Position numbers and translations under genes: made by a program
Shown here: positions 38,367 to 49,555 of the stretch, piece by piece
Layout: each line of letters starts with the position of its first letter
How positions within the stretch are numbered: position 1 is the first letter of the stretch
The notes under the pieces: generated by a model
Seen by the model: the letters and a program-made list of their open reading frames with translations, nothing else
What the model was told of the DNA's origin: nothing
Database searches by the model: none
Assembly (NCBI GenBank): GCA_003697105.1
Contig: RFFQ01000146.1
Location: forward strand, 10,565 to 74,564
Direction: 5' to 3'
From: Gemmatimonadota bacterium
GTDB taxonomy: Bacteria > 4572-55 > J002
DNA: 64,000 nt

Positions 38367-40442
38367 ATGACGGCAGTAACCACACCTAAATATACGGATT
38401 TGCACGATCCGAGTCTCTATTTCAATCGCGAACTCAGTTGGATTCAGTTTAACGAGCGCGTACTCCGGGAAGCTCTAGACCCCGATAATTGGCCCCTATT
38501 GGAGCGACTCAAATTTCTCTCCATTTTTAGCACCAATTTGGATGAATTTTTTATGATTCGGGTTGCCGGTCTTAAACAGCAGATCGGTGCGGAGATTCAC
38601 AAAAAATCTCCGGATGGCCTCACGCCAGAAGAGCAACTCAAATTAATTTCAGAGCAAGTTCACCGGCAAGTTGACGCCCAGATAACGTGCTTCATGGAGG
38701 ATATCTTGCCCAAACTGGAAACTGCCGGTATTTATTTTCATCACTACCGTGACTTAAATCCGGCGCATCGGAAATTCTTAGATAAACTCTTTAAAAAAGA
38801 TATTTTTCCGGTATTGACTCCGTTGGGCTTTGACCCCGGACGACCGTTTCCCCATTTGCTGAATATCAGTATTTACATTGCTTTTTTTGTTAGAGATGCG
38901 AATCAGCACGAGGAAGAACCCAAATTTGCCATTGTACAAATGCCCTCTACATTGCCTCGCTTAATTCCCCTCCCGTACAAGCGAGGCACACATTTTGCCC
39001 TGTTGGAAGATGTTATCAGTGCAAATGCGCATCGCCTTTTTTTGGGATATGATGTCCTCGAATGCTATCCTTTTCAGGTCACCCGAGATGCGGACTTGGA
39101 AATTGCCGAAGATGAAGCGGATGACCTGCTGGAAACGGTAGAACGCGAGGTCAATAAGCGGCGGTGGGGTAAAGCTGTTCGTCTGGCGATTGATCACTGT
39201 ATGCCGGATAAGATTCGGGGTATCCTCGCGGACTCCCTCAATTTGCACCCGCAGGATGTGTACGAAGTGAAGGGTCCCTTGAATCTCTCTGATTTTATGC
39301 AACTGTATAAACTGGATCGACCGGATTTGAAAGATAAGCCGTTCACGCCCCGTTCCGTCCCCGATGTGCAAGGTTATAATACCATTTTTGATGCGATTCA
39401 GGAGAAAGATATTCTCCTTCACCACCCGTATGAATCTTTTAATAGTGTCATTGATTTTGTGCGAACCGCCGCAGAAGACCCCAACGTACTTGCCATTAAA
39501 ATGACGCTTTACCGCACGGGAGTGGACTCGCCGATTCTGCGGGCACTCTCTACCGCCGTGGAAAATGGAAAACAAGTAGCGGTTCTGGTGGAGTTGAAAG
39601 CGCGGTTTGATGAAGAAAATAACATCGTTTGGGCACGGTTACTGGCAAAATCCGGGGTTCATGTGGTGTATGGCTTGTTAGGCTTAAAGACCCACTGTAA
39701 AGTTGCTTTAGTTGTCCGGCGTGAGGGTAATCTCATCCGGCGGTATGTTCACTTGGCTACCGGCAATTACAATCCCACAACGGCTAAAATCTACACCGAC
39801 TTGGGCTTGATGACGTGTCACCCAGATTTTGGCGAAGATGTATCCCACCTGTTTAATTATCTGACGGGTTATTCTCGCCGCCAAAAATGGCGAAAATTAC
39901 TGGTTTCACCCCTCAATTTACGGCAAGAATTGATTCGCTTGGTGCGGGATGAGATCATTATCCATGAAAAAAGCGGCAACGGCTGGATTATCCTCAAAAT
40001 GAATTCCTTGCTCGATGCCGAAATGATCCGCTATTTGTACCAAGCGTCACAAGCCGGTGTCCGGGTTGATCTGCTGATCCGGGGGATTTGCTCGTTGCGT
40101 CCCGGCGTGCCGGGGATTAGCGATAACATTCGGGTCAAGAGTATTGTGGGGCGGTTTTTGGAACACAGCCGGATTTTTTACTTTCGGAATGGTGGTGATG
40201 AACGTGTCTATTTAGGCAGTGCGGATTGGATGCCCCGCAACCTCGACCGGCGCGTAGAAACCGTTTTCCCTGTGGAAGACCCGCGCTTGAAGCGTCGCAT
40301 CACGGATGAGATTTTGATAACCACCTTGAAAGACAATGTGAAATCATACGAACTAAAAAGTGATGGTACGTATGAAAAGATTCCGCACTCCCCTGAAAAT
40401 GCAGTGAATTGCCAAGAAATATTTCTCAATGAATACGACTAA
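38367..40442 (+). CDS. ppk1: Polyphosphate kinase 1
   Basis: NRELSW, NLDEFFMIRVAGL, HHPYESF, ELKARFDEENN, KTHCK, GRFLEHSR, SADWMPRNLDRR. Confidence 0.97.
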   Translation: MTAVTTPKYTDLHDPSLYFNRELSWIQFNERVLREALDPDNWPLLERLKFLSIFSTNLDEFFMIRVAGLKQQIGAEIHKKSPDGLTPEEQLKLISEQVHRQVDAQITCFMEDILPKLETAGIYFHHYRDLNPAHRKFLDKLFKKDIFPVLTPLGFDPGRPFPHLLNISIYIAFFVRDANQHEEEPKFAIVQMPSTLPRLIPLPYKRGTHFALLEDVISANAHRLFLGYDVLECYPFQVTRDADLEIAEDEADDLLETVEREVNKRRWGKAVRLAIDHCMPDKIRGILADSLNLHPQDVYEVKGPLNLSDFMQLYKLDRPDLKDKPFTPRSVPDVQGYNTIFDAIQEKDILLHHPYESFNSVIDFVRTAAEDPNVLAIKMTLYRTGVDSPILRALSTAVENGKQVAVLVELKARFDEENNIVWARLLAKSGVHVVYGLLGLKTHCKVALVVRREGNLIRRYVHLATGNYNPTTAKIYTDLGLMTCHPDFGEDVSHLFNYLTGYSRRQKWRKLLVSPLNLRQELIRLVRDEIIIHEKSGNGWIILKMNSLLDAEMIRYLYQASQAGVRVDLLIRGICSLRPGVPGISDNIRVKSIVGRFLEHSRIFYFRNGGDERVYLGSADWMPRNLDRRVETVFPVEDPRLKRRITDEILITTLKDNVKSYELKSDGTYEKIPHSPENAVNCQEIFLNEYD

Positions 40443-42387
40443 AACGATTCTTCTAATTGATGATGACCCCCATATTCGTCACCTGATTGGGTTGTTTTTA
40501 CGGCGGACGGATTACCACCTGATTAGTGCCGGTGATGGGGAATCCGGTTTACGCTTGATCCGAGAAAAAAAACCGGCGGCGATTCTGCTAGACCGGATGT
40601 TACCGGGACTCTCCGGTGACGAGGTTCTGCGCCGGTTGCGGCATGACCCAGCCTACCGGGAAGTCGCCCAGACACCGGTGATTGTGCTAACCGCACTTTC
40701 CGGGCGGGAAGTTCGTCAAAAAACACTCGAATTAGGCGCCAACGCTTATCTCACCAAGCCCGTCACCTTTGATATGTTGACCAACCAATTGGAAAGTGTC
40801 CTTTACCACTATTCTCTAGCTCTTCCAGCGGAGCCGTCCCTTACCAGTGATATTTACGAATTGTTGGTGGAAAATATCCATGATCTGGTTTTTGTTCTCT
40901 CGGCTTCGGGACAGGTGATGTATATCAATCCCCGCGTGCAGGATATGCTCGGCTACCCCCAAACGGAGATGTCCCAACGGTATTTCTCTGATTTTGTTTA
41001 TCCCGATGATGTGGCCGTGGTTCAAGGCGTACTTAGCCACATTGTGGAAACCGGCGAACTGCATCAATTGGAAATCCGAATGCTCCACAAGGATAACAGC
41101 TTGCGGTATATGGAATTGACCGGAAAGCGGGTTGCTCGGAAAGATCAATACTTGATCATGGGTTCGGCGCGGGATGTGACGGTTGAGAATGACCTGCGGC
41201 AATCCGTGCGGCATTATGCCGAAAATTTGCAAGAGATGGTCGAACGCCGGACGTACGAATTAGAGTTGGCAAAAAGTGAGATTACCTATCTGTTTCAGAC
41301 CATCTCTCAGGTAATTGCACAATCGTCGATTGCGCGTAAAATCGAGGTGATTTGTGAGGCACTCGTCCGGGATCGATTTTACCAACAAGTGGTGATTGAA
41401 ATTTACAACACCGATAATGTGCTTACGCACCGCACAGAACGGGGTCACATTGATGCGAATATCAGCCCGCAGCGCTATCGCTACCCGTTTTACCGGCAGG
41501 ATGAAACTGTTTTGGGGTATCTGGAGGTGTACAACCCGCTGATTGAACTCTCGGACGAAGTGCAACGCATGATCAATTTATTTGTCAATGTCATTGCTCT
41601 TTCCATTGAGCGAGCCGAATTAGAGAGCGAAAATGAGGCAATCCATAAAGAATTGGTGGTGAAGAAGCTGGAGGCGGATGAACTGAGTATCCTCAAGTCG
41701 GAATTTATGAATAATGTCGGGCATGAATTTCGAACCCCGCTGGCAATTATTATCGGCTATCTGGATGTATTAACTCGGGGTATTGGGGGCAAGTTAAACG
41801 CGCGACAAGCCCAAATGGTGCAAGTCATGCGGGAAAATGCGGATAAACTCCATCGATTAATTCAAGATATTCTGGATTTTTCACAGATTCAACTGAATGG
41901 GTTATCGGTTGCTTACGAACCCTGTGCCGTTCCCCAACTGATCCTTTCTGCCACCGCCCGGGTGACCAATATGGCTAAGCAAAAAAATATTGCGCTCACC
42001 TATGTGTATCCGCATGATTTACCGGAAATTTTGCTTGACCCAAGCAAAACGGCACGTATTCTCCATGTGTTATTGGATAATGCCGTGAAATTTACGGACC
42101 CCGGTGGGACGGTGACGCTGGAAGCTGTGCATAACCAACATGAGATTCGGTTTCGGGTCAAAGATAGCGGTCATGGCATTGCCGAAGCAGACCGGGAGAA
42201 GATTTTTGAACCGTTCCGCCAAGGGGATGGCTCAACGATTCGGGAACATGGCGGCACCGGGTTAGGGTTGAGTTTTGCCAAACATCTAACCGAATTATTG
42301 GAGGGGGAATTATCTTTCACCAGTGTGGTGGGGCAGGGTACAACGTTTGAAGTGGCGTTTCCCTTACGCTATGCGGAATGTTCGTAG
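40429..42387 (+). CDS. Hybrid sensor kinase (REC-PAS-HisKA-HATPase)
   Basis: Receiver, PAS (ENIHDLVFVL..YINP), GHEFRTPL, DNAVKFT, DSGHGI, GGTGLGL. Confidence 0.92.
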   Translation: MNTTKTILLIDDDPHIRHLIGLFLRRTDYHLISAGDGESGLRLIREKKPAAILLDRMLPGLSGDEVLRRLRHDPAYREVAQTPVIVLTALSGREVRQKTLELGANAYLTKPVTFDMLTNQLESVLYHYSLALPAEPSLTSDIYELLVENIHDLVFVLSASGQVMYINPRVQDMLGYPQTEMSQRYFSDFVYPDDVAVVQGVLSHIVETGELHQLEIRMLHKDNSLRYMELTGKRVARKDQYLIMGSARDVTVENDLRQSVRHYAENLQEMVERRTYELELAKSEITYLFQTISQVIAQSSIARKIEVICEALVRDRFYQQVVIEIYNTDNVLTHRTERGHIDANISPQRYRYPFYRQDETVLGYLEVYNPLIELSDEVQRMINLFVNVIALSIERAELESENEAIHKELVVKKLEADELSILKSEFMNNVGHEFRTPLAIIIGYLDVLTRGIGGKLNARQAQMVQVMRENADKLHRLIQDILDFSQIQLNGLSVAYEPCAVPQLILSATARVTNMAKQKNIALTYVYPHDLPEILLDPSKTARILHVLLDNAVKFTDPGGTVTLEAVHNQHEIRFRVKDSGHGIAEADREKIFEPFRQGDGSTIREHGGTGLGLSFAKHLTELLEGELSFTSVVGQGTTFEVAFPLRYAECS

Positions 42388-42419
42388 GGGATTCCCCAAA
42401 AGTGCCTTTCGATCACGCC

Positions 42420-43142
42420 TCACGTTAACCGGCGCAATGCCATATACGTCAAACCCACCACAATTAGGACGATACTCGTGAGGAATACCCCCCAGTGATA
42501 ATCAACCATACCATATAGGACAAAAGACCCGATAAGAATCCCACCGAGAAGCATTCGGGCTTGCCGCGTCGTTTTGGCGAGTGCCGAAATCGAGATTGCC
42601 CCTAAGCCGAACAGGGTGGGTATGACCCAGATTACAAGCCCCCAGACCAACACATCCCCCCACGAAACCCCTCCCAGAAAAAAGACCACCGCAAAAAACG
42701 GAAGTGCCAATAGTGCCAACATCATAACACTCACCAGAGAGCCGTACAATTTGCCAAAAAGTAACTCCCGGGGGTTAAGGGGAGTTAACGCTAAGGCATC
42801 GAAGGTCTGTTTTTCCCGTTCACCGGCAATCTCCATCAGATTCACCCCAATGCTGTTGATACTCAAAAAAAACGTGAGCAATCCAGCCAAACTTTGAAAA
42901 AAATGACGCCCGACTTGGGATAAATTCGATTGGGCAACACCGGCACTCAACCATACTCCCAGAAAAAAAAGTGTCATGACCAGCATGGTGAGTAAAAATA
43001 CAAATTGATTCCGAAATACTCGCTTTGCCCGGATGTAACGGCGCCAGTTGCTCCGGGTGAGGGGGTTGATTTCGTATTGCCCGTCACTCATGGGTGTTGT
43101 GAGGCTGACAAACGTGAATATATAGGCAACGATCGGGGGCAT
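42420..43142 (-). CDS. ABC-2 type permease-like membrane protein
   Basis: Multiple TMs and IAGEREKQTFDALALTPL..RELLFGKL motif. Confidence 0.75.
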   Translation of the reverse strand: MPPIVAYIFTFVSLTTPMSDGQYEINPLTRSNWRRYIRAKRVFRNQFVFLLTMLVMTLFFLGVWLSAGVAQSNLSQVGRHFFQSLAGLLTFFLSINSIGVNLMEIAGEREKQTFDALALTPLNPRELLFGKLYGSLVSVMMLALLALPFFAVVFFLGGVSWGDVLVWGLVIWVIPTLFGLGAISISALAKTTRQARMLLGGILIGSFVLYGMVDYHWGVFLTSIVLIVVGLTYMALRRLT

Positions 43143-43175
43143 GAATCCCTCTAACTGGGGTACAGGTGAATTGTC

Positions 43176-43210
43176 AAAAAAACCTCGTTCAAGCGATGCC
43201 TGAACGAGGT
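43176..43210 (-). terminator. Intrinsic terminator of the S8 protease gene
   Basis: Minus strand ACCTCGTTCA-9 nt-TGAACGAGGT followed by a T run. Confidence 0.75.
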
Positions 43211-43269
43211 GTATTTGGTGCGGTGAACGCCAAAAGTCAAGTTTTTATTTTGGGTTGGGAAAATTTTCC

Positions 43270-46053
43270 TTATTTGAGGAGCACCATACTTCGGGTGTGT
43301 TCATAATCGCCAGCGACCAACCGGTAGTAATAAATTCCACTAAAGGCACGCTCCCCGTTTTCGAGCCGGCCGTCCCACTCAATGGCATATGATCCGGCAG
43401 GTTGTTCTTGAGCTACTAAGGTGCGAACTAATTGCCCCTGATTGGTGTAGATTGCCAGCGAAACCGTGCTTGCTACGGGTAATTCATAGCGGATTGTGGT
43501 TTTTGGATTGAATGGGTTGGGGTAATTTGGATTCAACCGGTAGTGTGCTGGTGTGTGTATTGACGTATTCACCCGATCATCTTCAACCGAAATATAAAAA
43601 TCCGTTGCCCCATAGATGGCAAAATTATCAAAGAACCAACCGGGGTCTGAATTGTTGGTGGAGCCAAACCGGAATCGGAATTTTACCCGTTGGTTAAGAT
43701 AATCCAATAGAGGAAATTCCACGCGTTGCCAGCCCTCACTTTCGCCGGTAAAGCCGGGTTGTCCGCCGAGACCGACGATGGAATTATCGGGATAGCCTCC
43801 CTCTGGGGGCAATATGAGCCACGTTTCGCCATTATCCGTAGAAATCTGCACCAGGCCGCCATCCCACCCCTCGTCCATGTCATACCACGTATAAAAGACC
43901 AATCGTGGGTCTTCGGTAATACCGATATTGAACGAGCGGGTTTCAAGGGAGTACCGGCGGTTGGGTTCGTACATGCCGTCTAAATCAGTGCCCCACACAT
44001 GGTCTCCACTGTAGGCAAAGGCGGGTCCATAACCGGCTTGAGGTGTTCCCCATTCCCACTCATTAAACCCGCTTGCCGGTATAAAATCTCCATTGTTCTC
44101 TTCAAAACTTTGAACAAAGGTCAAGGTGAGGTTCATTTCGGTTTCCTCACCGGCAGGGATGTCTAAACTCACTTCTTGCGGGTCGTGATGGGGGGCATCT
44201 ACCCAGAAGGTATATGTATAATCTCCCGCCAAATCGATTGAAAATTGGCCGTCTTCACCGGTATAAAATGGGTCGACCGGCACACCGAGCGGTGTAATTT
44301 CGGCGTTTGCCAGCCCGTAACCGTGCGAACTGGCAATCATCCCGCTCAAGTGACCCTGAGGCCGGGCTTCTAACTCAATATCCACGACGAGCGTTTCTTG
44401 CGAGGCGATGGTATATTCTGCTTCGGAAACAAAATCATAATATCCGAAACGGGTTGCCTGAAGGGTGTATGTTCCCGGTTGGGCAGAAAGATGATAAAAT
44501 CCATTTTCATCGGAAAGCGTTTCAAAGCGGGTATTGGCGATGAACACGCGGGTTTCACGCAAGACTTCCCCACTTCCGGCATCGGTTACAGTTCCCTGAA
44601 AAGCGGACATGCGGGCGTAAACTTCCATTACGGCGGCGTAGGCATCGATGAACCCATGCCCGTAATCATTATCTTCGCCGGCGGGTCCCAGATCAATGGC
44701 GGTAAGCATCAGAATTTCTTTAATTTCATTGACCTCAATATTGGGGTCTGCTTGCCGCATCAGCGCCACCACGCCGGCGACGTGCGGCGCCGACATTGAC
44801 GTGCCGCTGAGTTCTGAGTAACTACTGCCGTATGCGGAGCGGACATCCACCCCTGGGGCGCTCACTTCCGGCTTGATTTCCAGTCCCGGCTCGGCTTCGC
44901 AATCGGTGGGACCGCCCAAACTGAAGCTGGCAATGGTGAAGGGCGGTGTTGTGGTTGTGGCGCCAACACAAAAGCCGGTGAAGGGTGTTTCCGCCCGGTC
45001 TTTGGGTTGGGGGACAATGGTAATTCCACTGCGGGCATTGCCGGATGACCAAACGAGTACGACACCGGCGGCTTCGCAAATATCCATCGCCTCATAATAG
45101 GGGAATCCGGCGGGGCAGTTCCCGGCGTACAAGCTCCATGAATTATTGGAGACATCCGGAACATCATCAATGGTCTCGGGGTTACCATCTGGATCGGCGA
45201 TCCATTCGAGGGCAGGAATCGCCGAGCTACTTTCCGCTGCAATCCACAGGGCGGCGGGGGCAACCCCGATGGTGTCCGCCGTTGCCGGATCAAGACCGCA
45301 GATCGTTCCCATGGTATGGGTACCGTGCCCATTATTATCAGAGGGGGTGCTGCCGGCACCATACCAGCATTCATTTGCTGGATGTCCAAAATTGCCACGC
45401 CAGCGGGCATTTAGTGCCGGATGGTTCAAATTCACACCGGTATCCACATTGCTTACCAGCCGTCCTTCGCCCCGCAGACCGAGTTCATTCCAGACCCGGG
45501 GCGCATTGATGCCCCGTAATCCGGGTTCGGTGCCGCCAGGAGTCCGCAGATGGGAGGCTGGGCGGATACTGACCGGTTCATCGGGCACAATTTCCGGCTG
45601 ATTCCATAATATCCCCACGCCGGGTTGTGCGGCTAAATCTGCGATGGATTGCTTCTGAATTTCGACGTAAATCGCGTTGGTAATCCAATAACTTTCATAG
45701 GTTGCTACGACGCCTTGCGCCTGCAAATCTGCCAGATAAGCACGTAGGGGGGGTTGAGTTCGTTCTGCCAATTCCTGAGCGGCTGTGATGACCACGCGAT
45801 GGCGTTCCGCTCGCGTTGCGCGTTGGGCAGTTAATTCATCACTAAGATATTGCACATCCAAACGCTCTTGCATACTGACCAACACCGGCACAAAATCATC
45901 ATCTGCAAAACCGGGTAAAATCTCTTGTAAACCGGTGGAAATTTCCCCAGCGAAAAGTATGCGGCACGGAATAAGCACGATCCATAAACTTAAACTTATT
46001 CCAAGTTGTTGACGTATAGTCATTGAAAAATGCTCCTTATTTGAGAGATACAT
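43270..46053 (-). CDS. Secreted S8 serine protease (bacillopeptidase F-like) with carboxypeptidase-regulatory-like domains and C-terminal FlgD-Ig/T9SS-like sorting domain
   Basis: Triad motifs VDTG, HGTHTMG, GTSMSAPHVAG; C-terminal NYPNPFNPKTTIRYELP...WDG...SGIYYYRL. Confidence 0.92.
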   Translation of the reverse strand: MYLSNKEHFSMTIRQQLGISLSLWIVLIPCRILFAGEISTGLQEILPGFADDDFVPVLVSMQERLDVQYLSDELTAQRATRAERHRVVITAAQELAERTQPPLRAYLADLQAQGVVATYESYWITNAIYVEIQKQSIADLAAQPGVGILWNQPEIVPDEPVSIRPASHLRTPGGTEPGLRGINAPRVWNELGLRGEGRLVSNVDTGVNLNHPALNARWRGNFGHPANECWYGAGSTPSDNNGHGTHTMGTICGLDPATADTIGVAPAALWIAAESSSAIPALEWIADPDGNPETIDDVPDVSNNSWSLYAGNCPAGFPYYEAMDICEAAGVVLVWSSGNARSGITIVPQPKDRAETPFTGFCVGATTTTPPFTIASFSLGGPTDCEAEPGLEIKPEVSAPGVDVRSAYGSSYSELSGTSMSAPHVAGVVALMRQADPNIEVNEIKEILMLTAIDLGPAGEDNDYGHGFIDAYAAVMEVYARMSAFQGTVTDAGSGEVLRETRVFIANTRFETLSDENGFYHLSAQPGTYTLQATRFGYYDFVSEAEYTIASQETLVVDIELEARPQGHLSGMIASSHGYGLANAEITPLGVPVDPFYTGEDGQFSIDLAGDYTYTFWVDAPHHDPQEVSLDIPAGEETEMNLTLTFVQSFEENNGDFIPASGFNEWEWGTPQAGYGPAFAYSGDHVWGTDLDGMYEPNRRYSLETRSFNIGITEDPRLVFYTWYDMDEGWDGGLVQISTDNGETWLILPPEGGYPDNSIVGLGGQPGFTGESEGWQRVEFPLLDYLNQRVKFRFRFGSTNNSDPGWFFDNFAIYGATDFYISVEDDRVNTSIHTPAHYRLNPNYPNPFNPKTTIRYELPVASTVSLAIYTNQGQLVRTLVAQEQPAGSYAIEWDGRLENGERAFSGIYYYRLVAGDYEHTRSMVLLK

Positions 46054-46135
46054 ATTTGGGAGATATACATTAAGGGAATTGAAATGTAGCCGGAAATTGG
46101 GGAAAACGGGGTGGGGTTTCCTTTACGTTTGTTGG

Positions 46136-46164
46136 AAATTAAAGCTCTACGGATGTTTGGTCAA
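46136..46164 (-). promoter_or_regulatory. Sigma70 promoter for the S8 protease gene
   Basis: Minus strand TTGACC-17 nt-TAATTT. Confidence 0.45.
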
Positions 46165-46221
46165 TATTTTTGTCTCATTCCAGGGTTGACTTTTTAGGGG
46201 TTTTCATCTAAATAGCGACTT

Positions 46222-47652
46222 ATGCTCCGATTGAAAGAGGATACCGCCGTAAAATCACCAGAGTTTTCGCCCTTATTGGATCATCGTGCGTTGCTGGTCT
46301 ATTTGGGGTTGGGTGCCATGATTTTGGCATTACTCTTCATGCTGTTGACCAACCTTTTGGTGCGCGAGCTCGACACCGAAAACCGCAAAATCTCAGAAGC
46401 CTTAACGCGCTTTTTGCTCCATTTGCCAACGACACTCGATGAAAATACCACGCGTCTTGTCAGCCAGATCGTCATGGACGATATTGTGAAACATCTGACG
46501 TTCCCCTATATTCTGACCGATGCCGAAGGCAATCCCCAAATTTGGGTGCGCTTGACTCCCCAACAGACGGTTGAAGTATGGGTGCGTGTCAGGCAAAAAG
46601 AGGCGTTTCAGGAATTAGAAGGGTATGCTGCCCTCACGGATTCCATCTTTTGGGTGCGAAATAATGCGGTTATTTTAGACCACACGGAGGAGATTCAGCA
46701 CGAATTGGAACGGGCGATTCGGAAGATGGATAGCCATTATCCGCCTTTACCCATCTATCTCAATTTTGAGTTAGAGGATATTCAGTTTCGCCAACGGAAA
46801 ACGGAAGATGAAATTTTACTAGGGTATTTGCATTATGGGGAAACCCCCGTTATGCAAAAGCTCCGCTGGATGCCTATTGTTCAAACCCTTATTTTTCTGC
46901 TGTTTATGTTGTCTGGCTTGATTGGCTACCGTATGCTAAAGGCATCGGAGCAACGCTCTATTTGGGCAGGTATGGCAAAAGAGACGGCTCACCAGTTGGG
47001 TACACCGATCACCAGCTTGATGGGTTGGTTGGAACTACTCACCGACCCTGATTTTGTCGATACGCCCGAATTAAACCGGCAGATGATCGTCGAATCCATG
47101 CGGAAAGATATTGAACGCCTCGATAAAGTGGCTTCCCGGTTTGGTAAAATTGGTTCTATGCCGGATTTAGCCCCGTTAGACCTCAATGAGGTGGTGCAGG
47201 GTATTGTCGATTACTACCGCCAACGGTTGCCACAAGTGGGGCGTAAATGTGTCATCCGGGTGCAAACTCAGCCGGTGCCGGTGGTTTACGCCAATCGGGA
47301 ATTATTGGAATGGGTCATCGAAAATTTAATTAAAAATGCCCTCGATGCGCTCGAAAAAGGGAATAGTTTTATCGACGTACAAACCCGTCTGGATGCCGCA
47401 CATGGGATGGTAGAAATTATCGTAGGGGATAATGGCAAAGGTATCCCATTGAACCTTCAGTCATCTATTTTTTTGCCGGGGTTTACTACCAAAAAGCGGG
47501 GTTGGGGGTTGGGGTTAACCCTCGCCCGCCGGATTATGGAAGATTACCACCGCGGCAAAATCCGCTTAATTCGCAGTTCACCGGGGGAAGGAAGTTGGTT
47601 TAGTGTGATGTTACCCGTGGCTCGTGTAAATGATTCGCATCTAACGAATTAG
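46222..47652 (+). CDS. Membrane-bound sensor histidine kinase
   Basis: Two TMs, AKETAHQLGTP, ENLIKNALDA, DNGKG, GFTTKKRGWGLGL. Confidence 0.93.
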   Translation: MLRLKEDTAVKSPEFSPLLDHRALLVYLGLGAMILALLFMLLTNLLVRELDTENRKISEALTRFLLHLPTTLDENTTRLVSQIVMDDIVKHLTFPYILTDAEGNPQIWVRLTPQQTVEVWVRVRQKEAFQELEGYAALTDSIFWVRNNAVILDHTEEIQHELERAIRKMDSHYPPLPIYLNFELEDIQFRQRKTEDEILLGYLHYGETPVMQKLRWMPIVQTLIFLLFMLSGLIGYRMLKASEQRSIWAGMAKETAHQLGTPITSLMGWLELLTDPDFVDTPELNRQMIVESMRKDIERLDKVASRFGKIGSMPDLAPLDLNEVVQGIVDYYRQRLPQVGRKCVIRVQTQPVPVVYANRELLEWVIENLIKNALDALEKGNSFIDVQTRLDAAHGMVEIIVGDNGKGIPLNLQSSIFLPGFTTKKRGWGLGLTLARRIMEDYHRGKIRLIRSSPGEGSWFSVMLPVARVNDSHLTN

Positions 47653-47763
47653 ATTAGAATTCCAATTAAAAATAGCTTGACTTTTGTCATCAGGTGTGAT
47701 ACCGTTGAAGATGATTTGAACCGATTTACCTGATTTTCAAGGCGTTTAAGGAGCCTTTGGTTT

Positions 47764-49551
47764 ATGTCCGAAACCGCTAAAAAACGAACTGTTTTGCTTG
47801 TTGATGATGATGCTTTTATCCGCGATTTTCTCAAGATGCTCTTGGAGTATCTGGAGTTTGAAGTGGAAATGGCGGAAAACGGTCAAGAAGGGGTGGATAA
47901 AGCCCAAAAAACGCCGTTTGATCTGATCGTCTCGGATATTGATATGCCCGTGATGAATGGCTTGGAACTGATCTCTGCGATCCGGCGTTTCAATGAAGAT
48001 GTGCCCATTGTGATCCTCACCGGCAATGATGATGTCTCCACGGCAATTGAGGCGATGCGGAAAGGTGCTTTTGATTACATATTTAAAGATGATAACATTC
48101 AGGAAGCGTTGCCGATTGCCGTCGATAAAGCACTGGAAAAGCGACGGTTAGAGGAAGAAAATAAACGATTACTCATCGACCTGCAGCAGAAAAACGCCGA
48201 TCTAGAAGAGACCAATCGGATGAACGTCCAGTTGTTAGAACGGATTCAGGCATTTAATGAAGAGTTGCAAGAGAAAATTGCGGCGGCAACTTCGGAATTA
48301 CGAGTGACAAACCAACTGCTAAACTTGAAAGTAGAAGAGCTTAATGCGTTACATGCCGTGGGGCAAGCGATCAGTTCCATCGTGCCGATGGATAAACTGC
48401 TCAATTTGATTATGGAGCGCAGTAAATTTTTGATGAAAGCAGAAGCAAGTTCACTGGCGATTATCAACCCTGACACCAATGAGTTGGAATTCCAAGTGGC
48501 GCAGGGCGATGCGGGTGACATCATGCGGAAAATTCGAGTGCCGGTTGATGAGAATAGCATTGCCGGCTGGGTGGCAAAACATCAAAAACCTTTAGTGATA
48601 GAAGACGCTTACACTGACAAACGGTTTAACCCAGAATACGATAAAAAAACCGGTTTTCGCACCAAATCAATCATGTGCGTACCCCTGTTAGCCAAAAATA
48701 AAGTGATCGGCATTGTGCAGGTTATCAATAAGTTGAATGATTCCACGTTCAATGAGGTGGATTTAGAAGTATTTGATACCTTCTCGCACCAAGCATCCAT
48801 CGCCATTGAAAATGCCCGTCTCTATGAAGCCTTGGAAAAAAAGGCGAATGAATTACGGGAAACACTTGAGCGCGAGCGCCGGATCGCCATCGAAAAAGAG
48901 AAAATGGGGAAATTTATTCCGAAAACGGTACTGGATGAAATCCGTAAGAGCCGGGAGGAACATCTTGCGCTTGGTGGACGGCCGGTCACGGCTACCGTAC
49001 TATTTTCCGACATCGCCGGCTTTACCCGTATCTCGGAAACACAGAAACCGGAAGTGATTGTCTCCTATCTGAATCATTACATGACCGCCATGACCCATAT
49101 TATTGAATCCCATCAAGGAATTGTCGATAAATTCATGGGTGATGGTATCATGGCGGTATTCTCTCCAACAGATGGGGATGACCATCATGCCGATCATGCC
49201 GTGCAAGCCAGTATTGAAATGCAACAGGCCTCCCGCCAACTTTCCAAAGAATGGGTGAAATCCGGGTTGGGAGCGCTATCGATGCGAATTGGGTTGAATA
49301 CGGGCAACATGGTTGCCGGGAATATCGGCTCAGAAACCCGTATGGATTATACTGTGATCGGGGATAATGTCAATTTGGCATCCCGGCTGGAAACCGCTTG
49401 CCCTCCGGGAGGCGTGCTGATGAGTGAAACCACATTTGCGCATCTAACCCAGACGTTCCCGACGAAAAAAATCGATCCCATTCATGTTAAAAATCGAGTG
49501 CAACCGGTGCAACCGTATTTGATCCCAAGCGAAACGATTGAGAGTTTGTAG
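47764..49551 (+). CDS. REC-GAF class III adenylate cyclase
   Basis: Receiver, GAF (DAYTDKRFN..DKKTGFRTKS), FSDIAGFT, DKFMGDG, DYTVIGDNVNLASRLE. Confidence 0.92.
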   Translation: MSETAKKRTVLLVDDDAFIRDFLKMLLEYLEFEVEMAENGQEGVDKAQKTPFDLIVSDIDMPVMNGLELISAIRRFNEDVPIVILTGNDDVSTAIEAMRKGAFDYIFKDDNIQEALPIAVDKALEKRRLEEENKRLLIDLQQKNADLEETNRMNVQLLERIQAFNEELQEKIAAATSELRVTNQLLNLKVEELNALHAVGQAISSIVPMDKLLNLIMERSKFLMKAEASSLAIINPDTNELEFQVAQGDAGDIMRKIRVPVDENSIAGWVAKHQKPLVIEDAYTDKRFNPEYDKKTGFRTKSIMCVPLLAKNKVIGIVQVINKLNDSTFNEVDLEVFDTFSHQASIAIENARLYEALEKKANELRETLERERRIAIEKEKMGKFIPKTVLDEIRKSREEHLALGGRPVTATVLFSDIAGFTRISETQKPEVIVSYLNHYMTAMTHIIESHQGIVDKFMGDGIMAVFSPTDGDDHHADHAVQASIEMQQASRQLSKEWVKSGLGALSMRIGLNTGNMVAGNIGSETRMDYTVIGDNVNLASRLETACPPGGVLMSETTFAHLTQTFPTKKIDPIHVKNRVQPVQPYLIPSETIESL

Positions 49552-49555
49552 TGAT

